Assembly (NCBI RefSeq): GCF_006345805.1
Contig: NC_042998.1
Coordinates: 78,120,001-78,184,000, forward strand
Direction of reading: 5' to 3'
Source: Octopus sinensis
Taxonomy: Eukaryota
Length of the DNA stretch: 64,000 nt
Each line of letters begins with the position of its first letter. Position 1 is the first letter of the stretch. The notes beneath the pieces were generated by a model. That model had not been told where the DNA came from, ran no database searches, and worked only from the letters and a program-made list of their open reading frames with translations. Positions 32,250-44,759 of the stretch are shown piece by piece. A program made the position numbers and the translations under genes.

Positions 32250-34400
32250 TCAAATTTTAGCACAAAAGCCAGCAATTTAGTGGGAGGGGATAGGTCGATT
32301 ACATCAACCACAGGGTTTGGCTGGTGCTTATTTTAATGATCACGAAAGAAGGAAAGCCAAAGTTGGCCCCGATGGCATTTGAACTTTGAGCATAAAGCGG
32401 GAAGAAATGCCGTTAAGCATTTTTTTCTGGCGCGGTAAAGATTATTCCAGCCTTAGAAAACCGTTATTATCAAGATGATTAGCAGAATCGTTAAACGTCA
32501 GCAGATCCTCCGACCCATTATGTTCTGATTTCAGAGTCCATTGACGTCATCTTTGCCTTTCATACCCACCATCCGAGTTCATCAAAATAAAATATCAACT
32601 ACTGGGGGTCTATTTAAGCGTTAAACCCCATCCCGAATTTCTGGGCTTGTGCCTACATTTGAAACAAGGTCAACAATTTCAAGCGTGTGGGCAAGTCGAT
32701 TACATCGACCCCTGTGCTCAGCTGGTATTTATTTTATCGACTCCGAAAGGATAAAAGGCAAAGTCGACCTCGGTGGAATATGTTAGAAACCAGTATTAAA
32801 GCTAACAAAAGGCGTTTAGGCTTGAGTGTCACTCAAAATGTCTTGAAGTATTTAGTTACGGCTCACTTGTTCTGAGTTCAAATTTCGCCAAAATTAATTT
32901 TCATCCTATACAGGTCAATAAAACAAAAGGCGTATCAGCTGCAGGTGCTAATATAGGCAAGAGTGAATTATTATAAAGACAGGACCAATGTCCGAATATT
33001 TTATCTTCTACATGAAAGAATTTCAGGGAAGAGCTTCTCAGAATACACTCTGTGTTTCTTTCTACTGAACTCAATAATAATGAGAACCACGAGAATAACG
33101 AGTGCCGTAAGTCAACGAGGGATGAGCCGAGGATGAGCTGAAAAGTTCATAGGCTAACTATGAAAGTGTGATGCTCGAGCTGAGAAATTTTGCATATATT
33201 AGTTTCGACTACCTTGTTTTTTCCTGGTAAACTGATGTCTGACCGTTCAAAGAAGTTTCGAAAGTAACTATTAGCGACTTGTCTTGAAAATGGACAAAAT
33301 ATGGAGTATCGGGAAAAAATGCTTTCTGGTATTTTTTGATTTTTTATGTTCTGAGCCCAAATCTCACCAATGCATCCTTTTTCCGGAATCGATGAAAAAA
33401 GGTAATGAGATCAATTTAATCTACTTTTATTTATCAATTAATCAGGAGTGAACAGCAGCGTCGATAACGTGTAAAGGGCCTCAGAGGTAAGTGGGATATA
33501 GGAAGGAAGGCATCCTCACAGAAGGCACGTGATCCAAGTTCTTGCAACCGAGTAAGCCATGATAGGACTTGAACTCTGAATTCAAAGAGCCAGAACATAT
33601 ACTGCAAGGCATCATGACCGAAGCTGTAACTACTGTGCTAGTCTTCTACCCTCGACTTGTTCCGGCCTCTAAAAGATAAATTCAATGTTGGCCTTGGCGA
33701 AATTTGAACGTAAAAAATTAATAAAATAAAAATATATGGAATATAAAACGGAAAGTATTTCGTCTGATTTTCTAACGACTTTGCCAATTCACCGACCTAA
33801 CACGCTTCTCTGATTTATTACCTTCTTCCTACTTTAGATATAGGATTTGACAGAATCCCGAGAGTACCGGAAAAATTTCCTTGTGACATTTCTTTCGGTT
33901 CCTTATCTTCTAATTTCTAACTCTGCTGCGGTCAACATCGTCTTTGATCAATCTATGATCGATTAAAATCACCAATCTAGTATTGTTGTTAATTTCATTG
34001 AATATTAAATCAACCGAAATTATAGCTTCGTGCCTAAATTAGAAAATATTATCATCATTATTTCTAGTACGATCCGACACGAGAATTGCTCTAAATACGT
34101 TATATGTAGAATTTAGTTACTTCTATTTTGTGTTGGCTTCAAATACCATAGATAACAACCATTGACTTTCTTACCGTTAGAGTCGAAACTATTGAGCATT
34201 AGTCAATAATTGCTATTAATTTAGGCATACGGCCAACAATTTTGAAGGCTGGAGTGTAGTCGATACTAACGATCTGGACTGTTATTCTATCCTGTTGAAA
34301 CCGGAGGGATGAAATTCAGAGTTTTCCTTCACGATAAATAAACAACCGGAATATATATCGCAAAGAAAATTTTTCTGACGCTCTAACAACTTTGTCAGCT
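32250..34400. mobile_element. Cluster of old, degenerate SINE family A copies in both orientations
   Basis: Recurrent GTCGATTACATC(G/A)AC, AAAGGCAAAGTCGAC and GAATTTGAACT motifs near 32290, 32540, 32690, 32870, 33690, 33900 and 34255. Confidence 0.7.
33115..33312 (+). mobile_element. Mariner transposon 5' fragment
   Basis: TIR-like ACGAGG..GCTGAAAAGTTCATAGGCT followed by ATGGACAAAAT..GAGTATCG (MDK..EYR transposase start). Confidence 0.55.
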
Positions 34401-34572
34401 TTCCGCCACGTACCACTTTAATACTGTCGCTATTGAAGTTAATATGGTAGTCTTTTGTGGCATTCTTACTGTTTCTGGTATCTGTATATATGGTAGTGTC
34501 TGCAAAAAGTGTACGTGTCTCACATTAGTTATCAATACACATAGGATCCGTTCAAGTACTTCACATACAGTG

Positions 34573-34604
<32 letters not shown>

Positions 34605-34699
34605 AGCTGGGTGCAGTATATGTATACCCTTATATAAACATAAACTCATATACATGCAGGCTTGTCCATACATACATAAATACACGCATACATGATGCA

Positions 34700-34910
34700 T
34701 GCATCACACTTTCCACAATAGGTACAAAGTATGAAATTTTGTGGAAAAAGCGGTTAGTCGGTTACATTGACCCCAGAGTTCAACAGGTACTTATTTCATC
34801 GACCGCGAAAGGATGAAAGGCAAAGTCGACATCGGTGGAATTTGAACTTAGAACATAATGACGCCAAGTGTTTTGCTCGGTGTGCTAACGATTCCGCCAG
34901 CTCGCCGCCT
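34700..34910 (-). mobile_element. SINE family A
   Basis: Ends GTGCTAACGATTCCGCCAGCTCGCCGCCTT, the reverse complement of the head. Confidence 0.85.
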
Positions 34911-35002
34911 TACTACAACGTAATAATCTTTTCTACTCTAGACACAAGGCCCGAAATTTTGGGGAAGGGAGGGCAGTCGATTAGATGGATCTCAGTACGC
35001 AG

Positions 35003-35260
35003 GATCTTTTCCTTTTGATGGACAACTCGATTAATTAATTTTCTTTAACTAAACACTTTGAAACTTCGGATACTGGTAGAATGTGTCATATAGAACATCT
35101 TTTAGCGTGGTTGAGAAAATTTTTTATTTTCGAAGTTATTTCGTGTTAAAGTTATCGTATTTCGGTAATTTCAACCAATCAATGACGTGTATTCAGCTGA
35201 ATAAAATTACTGCTGTTGTTTGTCAACAACAACTTCCGGCAGTGTATATTTCGTTTGTCA
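35003..35260 (+). mobile_element. Partial copy of the Merlin-like MITE family
   Basis: GGATCTTTTC..AAACTTCG.ATACTGGTAGAATGTG..TTTCAACCAATCA shared with 45633-46064. Confidence 0.55.
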
Positions 35261-35511
35261 CTGTTATTTATGATATATTTCACCTCAGTTAAGTTCGGAT
35301 GAATAAACGAGTGTATCTGAAGCACGTTTTACTTCATGACACCACCATAATCGTTCGTGCATTTCTACTGCTTTTAGGTTTTCTTTTCTATTTTTCAGCT
35401 ACTATTTTCGGAAAGACTTCCTCCCATCCCACCCATCGATGCCGGAAAGATGTTAGGCAAAGTCGATCTCAGCGGAATTTGAACTCAGAACGTAAAGGCA
35501 GACGAAATGCC

Positions 35512-35744
35512 TATTTCTTTATTACCCACAAGGGGCTAGACACAGAGGGGACAAACAAGGGCAGACAAACGGATTAAGTCGATTACATCGACTCCAGTGC
35601 GCAACTGGTACTTAATTTATCGACCCCGAAAGGATGAAAGGTAAAGTCGACCTCGGCGGAATTTGAACTCAGAACGTAACGGCAGACGAAATACCACTAA
35701 GCATTTCGCCCGGCGTGCTAACGTTTCTGCCAGCTCTCCGCCTT
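35512..35744 (-). mobile_element. SINE family A, tail type 1, adjacent to older copies
   Basis: TATTTCTTTATTACCCACAAGGGGCTAGACACAGAGGGGACAA..GCCAGCTCTCCGCCTT. Confidence 0.9.
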
Positions 35745-36132
35745 CACTACAATACAAAGGTAGAATCGTTAGCACGCCTTGCAAAATGCTTAGAAGCATT
35801 TCGTCTGTCTTTATGTTCTGAGTTCAAATTCTGATGAGGTTTACTTTACGTTTCTTCCAATAAATAAGCACCAACTGAGTCCTGGTATGGAATTAATCGA
35901 CTTAGCTACTGCTGACCTAATGCCAAAATATGAAACCATTATTACATTGTAGCATCGAAACAAAACACTGCTGATGCCTTAGTGATATATTAATCGAACT
36001 AGCTGCCAAGAATACGTTATATATGTAAATCTGTTTAGATACATTAATGACGCTTGTAATAATAGCGACTATAAAAAACAGTATCACTGCATTCAGTCCA
36101 GCAGTAAAATAACAAGGAAATAAAAATATCTC

Positions 36133-36165
36133 CTGATGAAATTTCAGTAATAATTGAAACCGGTC
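36133..36165 (+). ncRNA. Hammerhead-like core without adjacent stem I
   Basis: CUGAUGA-AAUU(ucaguaau)AAUU-GAAAC(CG)GUC; stem I is not formed with the adjacent 3' bases. Confidence 0.35.
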
Positions 36166-36519
36166 CAAATACTTCGTCTTTTATTTTCACGGAGATAGAG
36201 TATTAAAAGACTGTCGTTTATGAACGTCTAATGTATTTCATTGGGTTTAAATTAACCACATGGCTCAATTGAAATCTGTAAATTTCTTTTGTAGCATATC
36301 ACAACGACAAAGGATTGAAGGGAACAGTGGTAGTTTGCCAGTTCTGAGTGTTTGCGTGCAGATCTCTGTCTCTTTCTCTCTCCTTTTCTCTCTCTCGAAC
36401 GGACAGCCATGTTAAAGTGGCTACGAATATTACTTGTCAGTACAACTACTGCGTTGATCTCTTAGAGAGATTTTAGAACTAGCATTTTTGTTTATATACA
36501 CACATGTTTGTATTCTTTT

Positions 36520-36720
36520 ATTCTTTCACTTGTTTCATTCATTTAACTACAGCCATGCTGGAGCACCACCTTGAAGGGTTTTAGTCAAACAAATCAACCC
36601 CAGAACTGTTTTTTTAACGCCTAATACTTATACTATTGGTTTCTTTTGCTGAACCGCTAAGTTATGGGGGGGGCATAATCACACCAACATCAGTGATGGG
36701 GAAACAGACATAAAGACACA

Positions 36721-36768
<48 letters not shown>

Positions 36769-36912
36769 ACAGACATTTTTCAGCTTCTGTCTACCAAATC
36801 CATTCACAAGGTTTGGTCGACCCGAGGCCATAGTAAAAGATACTTGCGCAAGGTGCCACACAGTGGAACTAAACCCGGGACAATTCGGCTGCGAAGCAAG
36901 CTTCTTAGCACG
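36520..36912 (-). mobile_element. SINE family B
   Basis: Reverse complement of head (GGTTTAGTTCCACTGTGTGGCACCTTGCGCAAGT) and tail (GGTGCTCCAGCATGGC). Confidence 0.75.
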
Positions 36913-37431
36913 CATACATACACACATACATACATACATACATACATACATACAGACAGACAGACAGACAGACAGACACACGTCCACGTTTTCAGTCATA
37001 GAAACTATGGAACACATGCATCTATTCTTAACAATATAATTATGCCCTACGCATCTGTTTTTTCTGCTTATGTCTTTGGAGTCATCTATAACGTTTTTTT
37101 TTCTGTTTTTTTTTTTCCACGATATTTACTGCCTAAAAACTGAATCGATGTTTGCTGAAGCCTCGACAGTATGTAATTCTTTCTTAGGCGTCGAAATTGC
37201 CATAATTCAGAGTAAGATAGTTGATGAAACCTTACTTTTAAACTTTTTTTTTTTTTGCAGCGTTTAACTTGTTTTTTTTTATCGTTCGTGCCCATTCCTT
37301 TTATGTATGTTTGCATGAATGCATGTGTGTGTGTGTGCGTGTGTGTATGTATGTATGTATGTATGTAGTATGTATGTATGTATGTATGTATGTATGTATG
37401 TATGTATGTTTGTGGCTGTGTGACAAGAAGC

Positions 37432-37592
37432 AGGCGCAAGTATGGCTGTGTATTAAGAAGCTTGCTTCCCCACCACATGGTTCAGAGTTCAGTCCCACTG
37501 CAGGGCATCTTGGGCGAGTGTCTTCTACTCTAGCATCGCGCCGACCAAAGCCTCGTAAGTAGATTTGATAGACGGAAATTGAAAGAAGCCCG
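37432..37592 (+). mobile_element. SINE family B, 5' half
   Basis: AGGCGCAAGTATGGCTGTG..GAGTTCAGTCCCACTGCAGGGCATCTTGGGC..GACGGAAATTGAAAGAAGCCCGTCG. Confidence 0.8.
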
Positions 37593-37597
37593 TCGTG

Positions 37598-37664
<67 letters not shown>

Positions 37665-37760
37665 GTATGTATGTTAAGGATGAAAAGGAACACACGAGTT
37701 GATATATATGGAAAAAAAGTCAAGATAGAAAATGCTAAAATAATTTTATAAAAAGCATTT

Positions 37761-37796
37761 CAGTACCGGTTTCAATCATTGAGACTTTTTCAACTG
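37761..37796 (-). ncRNA. Decayed or variant minimal hammerhead
   Basis: Reverse complement reads CAG-UUGAAAA-AGUC(ucaau)GAUU-GAAAC(CG)GUA-CUG: stems intact, two core substitutions. Confidence 0.45.
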
Positions 37797-38117
37797 TAAC
37801 AATTAAATAATTAAATTTAGAAAATTTTGAGGGAAGGGATAATTGATTGCATCAACTCCGGTGCTCATTTGGTACATATTTTACCGAACCTGAAACAATG
37901 AAAAGAAAAGGCGATCTTGGTAGTATCTGAATTCAGAACGCAAAGACGGACGAAATGCTGCTAAACATTTTGTCCGGGTTACTGACGATTATGCCAGTTC
38001 GTGCAGATCGTTCAGCAAACCAACTCACCAACACAACCACCATCACTCTTCCTTAATAAATCTAGCAGCGAGAGGGAAAGACGCGACGGGAGCAATTAGT
38101 GGATGGAAAACCCTTAC

Positions 38118-38282
38118 CTTGGACCCTGCACTCAGGTGCTCACACGATGATGATCGCTTTCGATAGATCTTGTGTCGATGTGGATTTCGCATGTCATTAT
38201 ATAACATTGAACTAGGAATACTGCGTAGCTGTGTCTGGCTGAACCGCCATTCGTCAGTCAGCCACGTACGTATACGTGACAT
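38118..38282 (-). CDS. Candidate coding exon (MSRIRTW..MRNPHRHKIYRKRSSSCEHLSAGSK)
   Basis: Non-repetitive open frame within ORF 38043-38399 ending at a strong AAG|GTAAGG donor; no homology recognised. Confidence 0.3.
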
Positions 38283-38611
38283 TGTGTATGTAAAGTCACA
38301 GACGACTAAACAAAACCAGTTACCAATACGCATTGTGGTTGATTTTATAGTATATATAAAAAAAAATTGCTTACTTTTATCAAACTCATGTACACCCATA
38401 AATCTACGTACGAATATAATTCATTTTACTTTCATTATATTTTTCTTCTAGAAAAGGCTTTCATAAAATACCATTTAAACTGAGACTTCCATGCTGGTAA
38501 CGTTTAATGACTCATAAAAAATGTACAAGTAAGGAGGATAAATTTATGTAACTGTAATATATGTGGTGTGTATAGGTGTGGATAAGCACACATACACAAA
38601 AACACAAATAC

Positions 38612-38649
<38 letters not shown>

Positions 38650-38744
38650 TCATCTAAATCTTTCTCTTTCTCTCTCTCTCTCCTTCTCTCTCTTCTCTCC
38701 CCATATATATAAACATATATATATATATATATATAATTAGAAAA

Positions 38745-39050
38745 AAACACCTTTTATCAATTCAAAATGACAATTAAATTACACCATCTAGAAAATTACA
38801 TATAATAGAAATATTAAAATTAAAATAACTATAAAATCTCAATGATTAAGTAAATTGCAAAAAAAATAATAAAAATAATAAAATATATGTAATTTTCTAG
38901 ATGGTGTAATTTAATTGTTCATTTTGAATTGATAAAAGGTGGGGGTTTTCTAATTTTTTTATATATATATTATATCGTGTGAAATTTGATTTAGTATTTC
39001 TAAATTGAATTTTTTTCCCTGTAAGTTTGGATTTTATTCCCTCAAATAAT
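38745..39050. mobile_element. Fold-back element sharing the tail of 735-1100
   Basis: Arms about 38745-38803 and 38885-38955 (ACACCATCTAGAAAATTACATAT / ATATGTAATTTTCTAGATGGTGT); tail TTTTTCCCTGTAAGTTTGGATTTTATTCCCT. Confidence 0.7.
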
Positions 39051-39053
39051 AAT

Positions 39054-39130
<77 letters not shown>

Positions 39131-39655
39131 ATGTGTGTGTGTGTGTATACGTTTATGTTTACAATTATCTACATTTCTATTGATCTGTCTACCCACTTGT
39201 CTCATTTTCCATGATGATGATGATGATTATCATGACGACGGCGAACATGACAACGATAGTGATAGTGATAATGCATTTTTCATCTCAATAGATTACTTTT
39301 CTCCGTTACTACCAATACCCCACACCGCCAGCAGCACATGCTTTGATTCAATGTAGCTTATGGGTTCGGGTGGGTAGTGTTTCTAGGCGTCAAATCCTTG
39401 TGTGGAAATGGCTTGGTTAAAAGAGATAATTTCTAAGTTCTTATAACATGCCATCGGTAAGGTTTTGTGTAAATGACGTGTTCGTGATTCTGGCACACTG
39501 TGCCAATAGATATGTGCGGGAATTTCTCCTGATAGTCTGTGGTCTTTAATTGTATAATGTGTGACTGTGATCTCTCGCTGTGAGGCTGACGTATGTACGG
39601 TTCTGCATACACACACACTCATATGTATGTATGTATGTATGTATGTACATACGTA

Positions 39656-39873
39656 CAAGGTGGGGGCGAAAAGTTCCTGGTTTGGAGAAAAAGGAAATAC
39701 AGAAAGATCAGTTAATTATGATTTTATTTAACATATTCCCCTTCTCAGATTCATATATTTATTGCAGTGACCCTTTAAATTTTCTAAGCCCTATAAAACA
39801 ACTCAGAAAGTTGGGCCTCCAACCAGGCCTTTCGTGGTATCCTTAAAACCAAGAACGTTTCAGCAACCCCTCG
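39656..39873. mobile_element. Tc1/mariner-type MITE, second copy
   Basis: TA-flanked; GAAAAGTTCCTGG / CCAAGAACGTTTCAGCAACCCCTCG; interior matches 26850-27057. Confidence 0.8.
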
Positions 39874-40259
39874 TATATATGTATGCATGTATGTTTGTAA
39901 ATATCTATATTCTGGTTTCAGTTTCCATATGTCGCCACAAATGCGAAAGAGCTGGTTTCTTGCTAAATATGTACGTAATGTAATGTTTACTTCGATACAT
40001 GTATATGTGCAGGCATACACATACAATTGTAAATCTCAATCTGTATGTCTTTATTTAGGCATGTGTTCACAAACATATGAATATGCGCATGTTTTACCTA
40101 TTTGACTGGTGTTTTAGAGTTTATGTTAGCCAGCTGCCTGTTTGGTGGCAAGGCTGGCTTTTATTTTTTATTTTATTTTTTTTGGTGGGGGGCTTAAAAA
40201 CAAGGGGCCTTGTTCTCTTCGTCAGTCTTTGCGTAAACGTACACACCCTAAAATTTTAA

Positions 40260-40575
40260 GACGACAAGGGTTCCGATTGATCCGATCAATGGAACAGCCT
40301 GCTCATGAAATTAATATGAAAATGGCTGAGCACATCACAGACACGTGTATCCTTAACATAGCTCTCGGGGGGGGGGTTCGGCAGGATACATAATATAACA
40401 AAGTTGGCCCTTTTAAATACAGGTACTACTCATTTTTTCCCAGCTGAATGGACTGGACTGAACTGGAGCAACGTGAAATAACATGTCTTGCTCAAGGACA
40501 CGATGCACAACCAGGAATTGAACACACGGCCTTACGATCGTGAACTGAATACCTTAACCACTAAACCACGCGCCA
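40260..40575 (-). mobile_element. tRNA-derived SINE family C
   Basis: Minus head GTGGTTAAGG..GTTCAATTCCTGG..GTGTCCTTGAGCAAGACA..TTCACGTTGCTCCAG; second copy at 48140-48390. Confidence 0.7.
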
Positions 40576-40599
40576 CTAATAAGTGATTAATTTTATCTG

Positions 40600-40790
40600 T
40601 TTCATTCTAGACAGTTCCTGTGTTATATGCACGCATATTGCTGTGTATATTGCGATTCCAAGGCACTGAGGTAGGAAATATTTAGATGTTTTACAAACAT
40701 TCACTGCACCTCTAATCGACTGCATTTCTAAGATGCGAGATATTTTACTTTGCTTCTTTCTGGAGAACTCCCACATTTGTTAACATCATG
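40600..40790 (-). pseudogene. R4-like RLE C-terminal fragment
   Basis: ISRILEMQSIRGAVNVCKT parallels LIRRLQIQSITGTVKICKT at 50.2 kb. Confidence 0.55.
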
Positions 40791-41018
40791 CATGCTAATA
40801 TCTTGTATCATAGCCCAACGAGCTTACCACAAGACAAAATGAAAATCTCTTATCCTTAATACTTTTATATAGCAATCTATTTTTGTCGATTTCGGACGCA
40901 ACATTGATATCCACGGGGCAGCTATCTCTTCAATGGTGCATGAATTTTTCTTCCTGTGCGTATATGTATGTATGTATGTATTTATGTATGTATGTATGTA
41001 TGTATGTATGTATGTATG

Positions 41019-41050
<32 letters not shown>

Positions 41051-41054
41051 TGTC

Positions 41055-41171
41055 ATTGTTCAGTTTTCTTTCAAGATTTCTTGCAACTAGAGAAAGAGCC
41101 GGTTCTTAACCAAGACCCAAAGCTCCTTCATTGGACATCAACAGCATCAATAGGGTATGTATGTATGTATG

Positions 41172-41205
<34 letters not shown>

Positions 41206-42240
41206 TGTATGTATGTATGTATGTATGTATGTATGTGTGCAGATTTGTATGTTTTGTTTCATGTATGTATTCTCATGCATATACTATATGCTTGCATGTC
41301 TGGAGATGCTCATATATACTTAAATGATTAACTTCTGGAAATTTTACAAATTTCTAGTTACAGTGATGGCTTACAGTGATGTAGACTTCGAATCAACTTT
41401 CTCCTTTCTAGATTTGAGGAGGATAATTTTTCAAGATTGGTATTTAGGCAGTGTGTTACATATCTTCCCCGGACGGTATCACTAGCCCGTCCATACATTT
41501 GATCTTCCCTTTTTTCAAGACTAACACACCACACTTTATCAGTGCGAACTCTATTCTAATATCAGCACTGAAAGTATACATCGTATAAATGAAGGAACTG
41601 ACTTGGAATTCATATTTACCATAAAGTTTGAGGTCATCTATGAATAACAAGCCGTTAAGTTTTTGTTGGCGGCTTTTGAATACATGCCTAGCTTTTGCTT
41701 TCCTCAGAATCAGTGTTAGTGGTATCATGCATAGTACAAAGATCAGTGGGGACAGGCTGTCCCCTTGGAAGATGCCTCTCCTGATTTCTATTATCCCTTA
41801 ATTTCTTCTATATGCTGTCAGTTCCGTCCTCCACTTCGCCATTCATTTTCCAAGCAATCACTCAACATTCGATGCAATACCAAATAGGTTCATACATTCC
41901 AGAATCCAAGAATGTGGGATCATATCGTACGCCTTACGATAGTCGATCCATGACATGGCTCAGTTAGTTTTCCTCCTCTTGCAGTCTCTGAGTACAGTTT
42001 TGTCCACCAGGAGTTGATACTTGGTACCTCTGCACTTACGCTTGAAACCCTTCTGCTCATGTGGCAAGACTCCATTTTTTTCCAGATGTTCGTACATTGA
42101 CTCTGCGACTATTCCAGCCAATAATTTCCACATAAGTGGTAAGCAGGATATCGGCCTCTAAATGTCTGCCGTATTGCCTTTTTCCATGTTTTTCAAGCAC
42201 AGCACAGCACTGTCCTACTGATTGTCAACCACTCTGGTAT
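41055..42240 (-). mobile_element. R4/Dong-like LINE: RT core joined directly to the 3' end and 3' UTR
   Basis: [66 protein letters not shown]; 41055-41450 is homologous to 49958-50300. Confidence 0.85.
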
Positions 42241-42319
42241 TACGTGGTTGACATTTAACAAGGTTTTGAGTTGTGCAGCTATTCGTGCTTGATATTCACC
42301 AAATCGTTACCACGTTGGA

Positions 42320-42480
42320 GGAAATGCTTAGCAATATTATGCCTGCCGAGGTCGACTTTGCCTTTCATCCTTTCCGGGTCGATTAAATAAGTACCAGTTA
42401 CGCACTGGTGTCGATGTAATCGACTTAATCCCTTACCCCAAATTTGAGGCCTTGTGATTCCAGTAGAAAGGATTTTTATT
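42320..42480 (+). mobile_element. SINE family A, tail type 2, followed by (TTA)(TTG)(TCG)n
   Basis: Core and AAATTTGAGGCCTTGTGATTCCAGTAGAAAGGATT tail. Confidence 0.8.
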
Positions 42481-42492
42481 ATTGTTATTATT

Positions 42493-42554
<62 letters not shown>

Positions 42555-43148
42555 CGTCGTCGTCGTCGTCGTCGTCGTTGTTGTTAATGCTCTTGTTCTT
42601 GTTATTCTTGTTATTATTATGTATATAATAATCTGCTTGTTCGTTCGCCCGTTATACTTTAGTTTGTTTGAGAGGTGAAGGTGGAGTGAATGAGATGTGG
42701 AGTAAAAGTGAGAGAGAGGGAGGAGAAATGTGAGTAGAGAAGAAAGAAGAGAAGAGAATAATAATACACTAAGGCCAAATGCGTCACGTGGTTAACAGAA
42801 GGGAGAGGCGAAGGGCCTGAGAAAAAGACAGTCAGTGAAAAGTGGGAGAGAAGTGTTAATGATGTGCTGTAAGGTGGGGACGGAAAGGTAAAGACAAGAA
42901 GAAAAATGCTAAAGACATGAAGACGGGAATTACATGGTTAAAAAGTTTATTGAAAAAAAATGGAGAAAGAGAGAAATAAAAAGTGATTAGCAGTGGGAAA
43001 TTTTAAAATCATATAATATATTATTGTGGCTGGAAGTGAAATAACTTAGCAAAATGAAAATAAAAATCATCCTTCCTTTCTTAAATAGCTTCTCTCAATT
43101 TTTATCGTTCTGTAGAATATCCACAGGTCCCTCTAGTTGTTGTTGTTG

Positions 43149-43258
<110 letters not shown>

Positions 43259-43289
43259 AAAATTTAAAATAATAATAATAATAATAATA

Positions 43290-43505
43290 ATGTGAGCTGG
43301 CATGATTGTTAGCACGCTGGAGAAAATGGTTAACGGTATTTCACCCGTCGCTACGCTCTGAGTTCAAATTCCGCCGAGGTCGACTTTGCCTTTTATGCTT
43401 TCGGGCTCGATAACTTAAGTACCATTGAAACACTGGGGTTGATATAATCGACTATTCCTCACCCACAAATTTGAGGCCTTGTGTCTTCAGTAAAAAGGAT
43501 TATTA
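43290..43505 (+). mobile_element. SINE family A, tail type 2, embedded in (TAA/ATT)n
   Basis: Head, core and tail; flanked by (TAA)n and (ATT)n. Confidence 0.85.
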
Positions 43506-43964
43506 TTATTTTTCTGTCTTTCTTCAAATTTTCTTCCCTTTCTCGCCGAGTGTTTTCCGTACACCTAGGGCAGAAAAGGTTATTGTATGCATTCCCAGAT
43601 TACACACGCAAATTCACAGGTAAAATATGTATTTAAAAAATTAATGAATAAATAAATAAATTCATGAATGGATGTTGTTTTCACAGCGATAATGCTCTTC
43701 TCAGTACATGAGCCGTTCCAGTCAACACGATTTTTGCACTTCCTGTAGGGATGGTAAGCCTGGTATCACTTTCAAATAGGTTTCAGTACCTTTTTTATCA
43801 CTCCTAGAGATCCCACAATCACTATTATTTCAAAATGAAGGATTACTTTGTCTAGTGGTAGAATACCTGTTGTGCCTACAAGAGATGTGGGTCGAAAACC
43901 CACGAGAAGCCTTCCACCTTTTCTTCCCAATAGGGTTTTTCATTCCAATATTTACATATAAAAG

Positions 43965-44175
43965 GCTGCGAGCTGGTAGAATCGTTAATACGCCGGACAA
44001 ACTGCTTTATTGGTATGTCAACCATCTTTAAGTTCTCATTTCAAATTCCGCAAGTCGACTTTACCTTTCTTCCTTTCGGAGTCAATAAGATAGATAACAG
44101 TTGAGTACTGGGGTCGATATACTCCCCCAAAATTTCAGGTCATGTGCTTTTAGTAAAAAAAAAATAAGGATTTTT
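43965..44175 (+). mobile_element. SINE family A, tail type 2
   Basis: GGCTGCGAGCTGGTAGAATCGTTA..AAATTTCAGGTCATGTGC..GGATTTTTATT(ATT)n. Confidence 0.75.
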
Positions 44176-44190
44176 ATTATTATTATTATT

Positions 44191-44252
<62 letters not shown>

Positions 44253-44406
44253 TATTGTTGTTGTTGTTGTAATTAGTCAAAATTAAAAGAGTGCCATTGT
44301 TATCTAGTGAACGATATTTCGACATCTTGTGTGTCTTCAACTGGTTCAAAAAATAAATTTGTCAATCTACTTCATTTTGGTTTACTAGGTATATTGTTTT
44401 TGTTGA

Positions 44407-44448
<42 letters not shown>

Positions 44449-44728
44449 CATACACACAACAGATTAGACTGTTGGTAACGAACAATTTCGTAACATCGGG
44501 CTACCACAAGTAACCTTAGATGTCAAGAACCCTCCTAAATATCCTAGCTGTCCTTAATAACACTATTTTCTGGAGCTCTACTAAATTGGGTTTTATGCCT
44601 ATTTCAGATCTTTAGGGATACTTCCTAATGCACCTGTAACAACAGGAATACATTTTCTGCACCTATAACTACTGGGATACATTTTACTAGAGGTTCTGAC
44701 GAGGATCGAACTCAAGAGCTTCTGCGTT

Positions 44729-44759
<31 letters not shown>

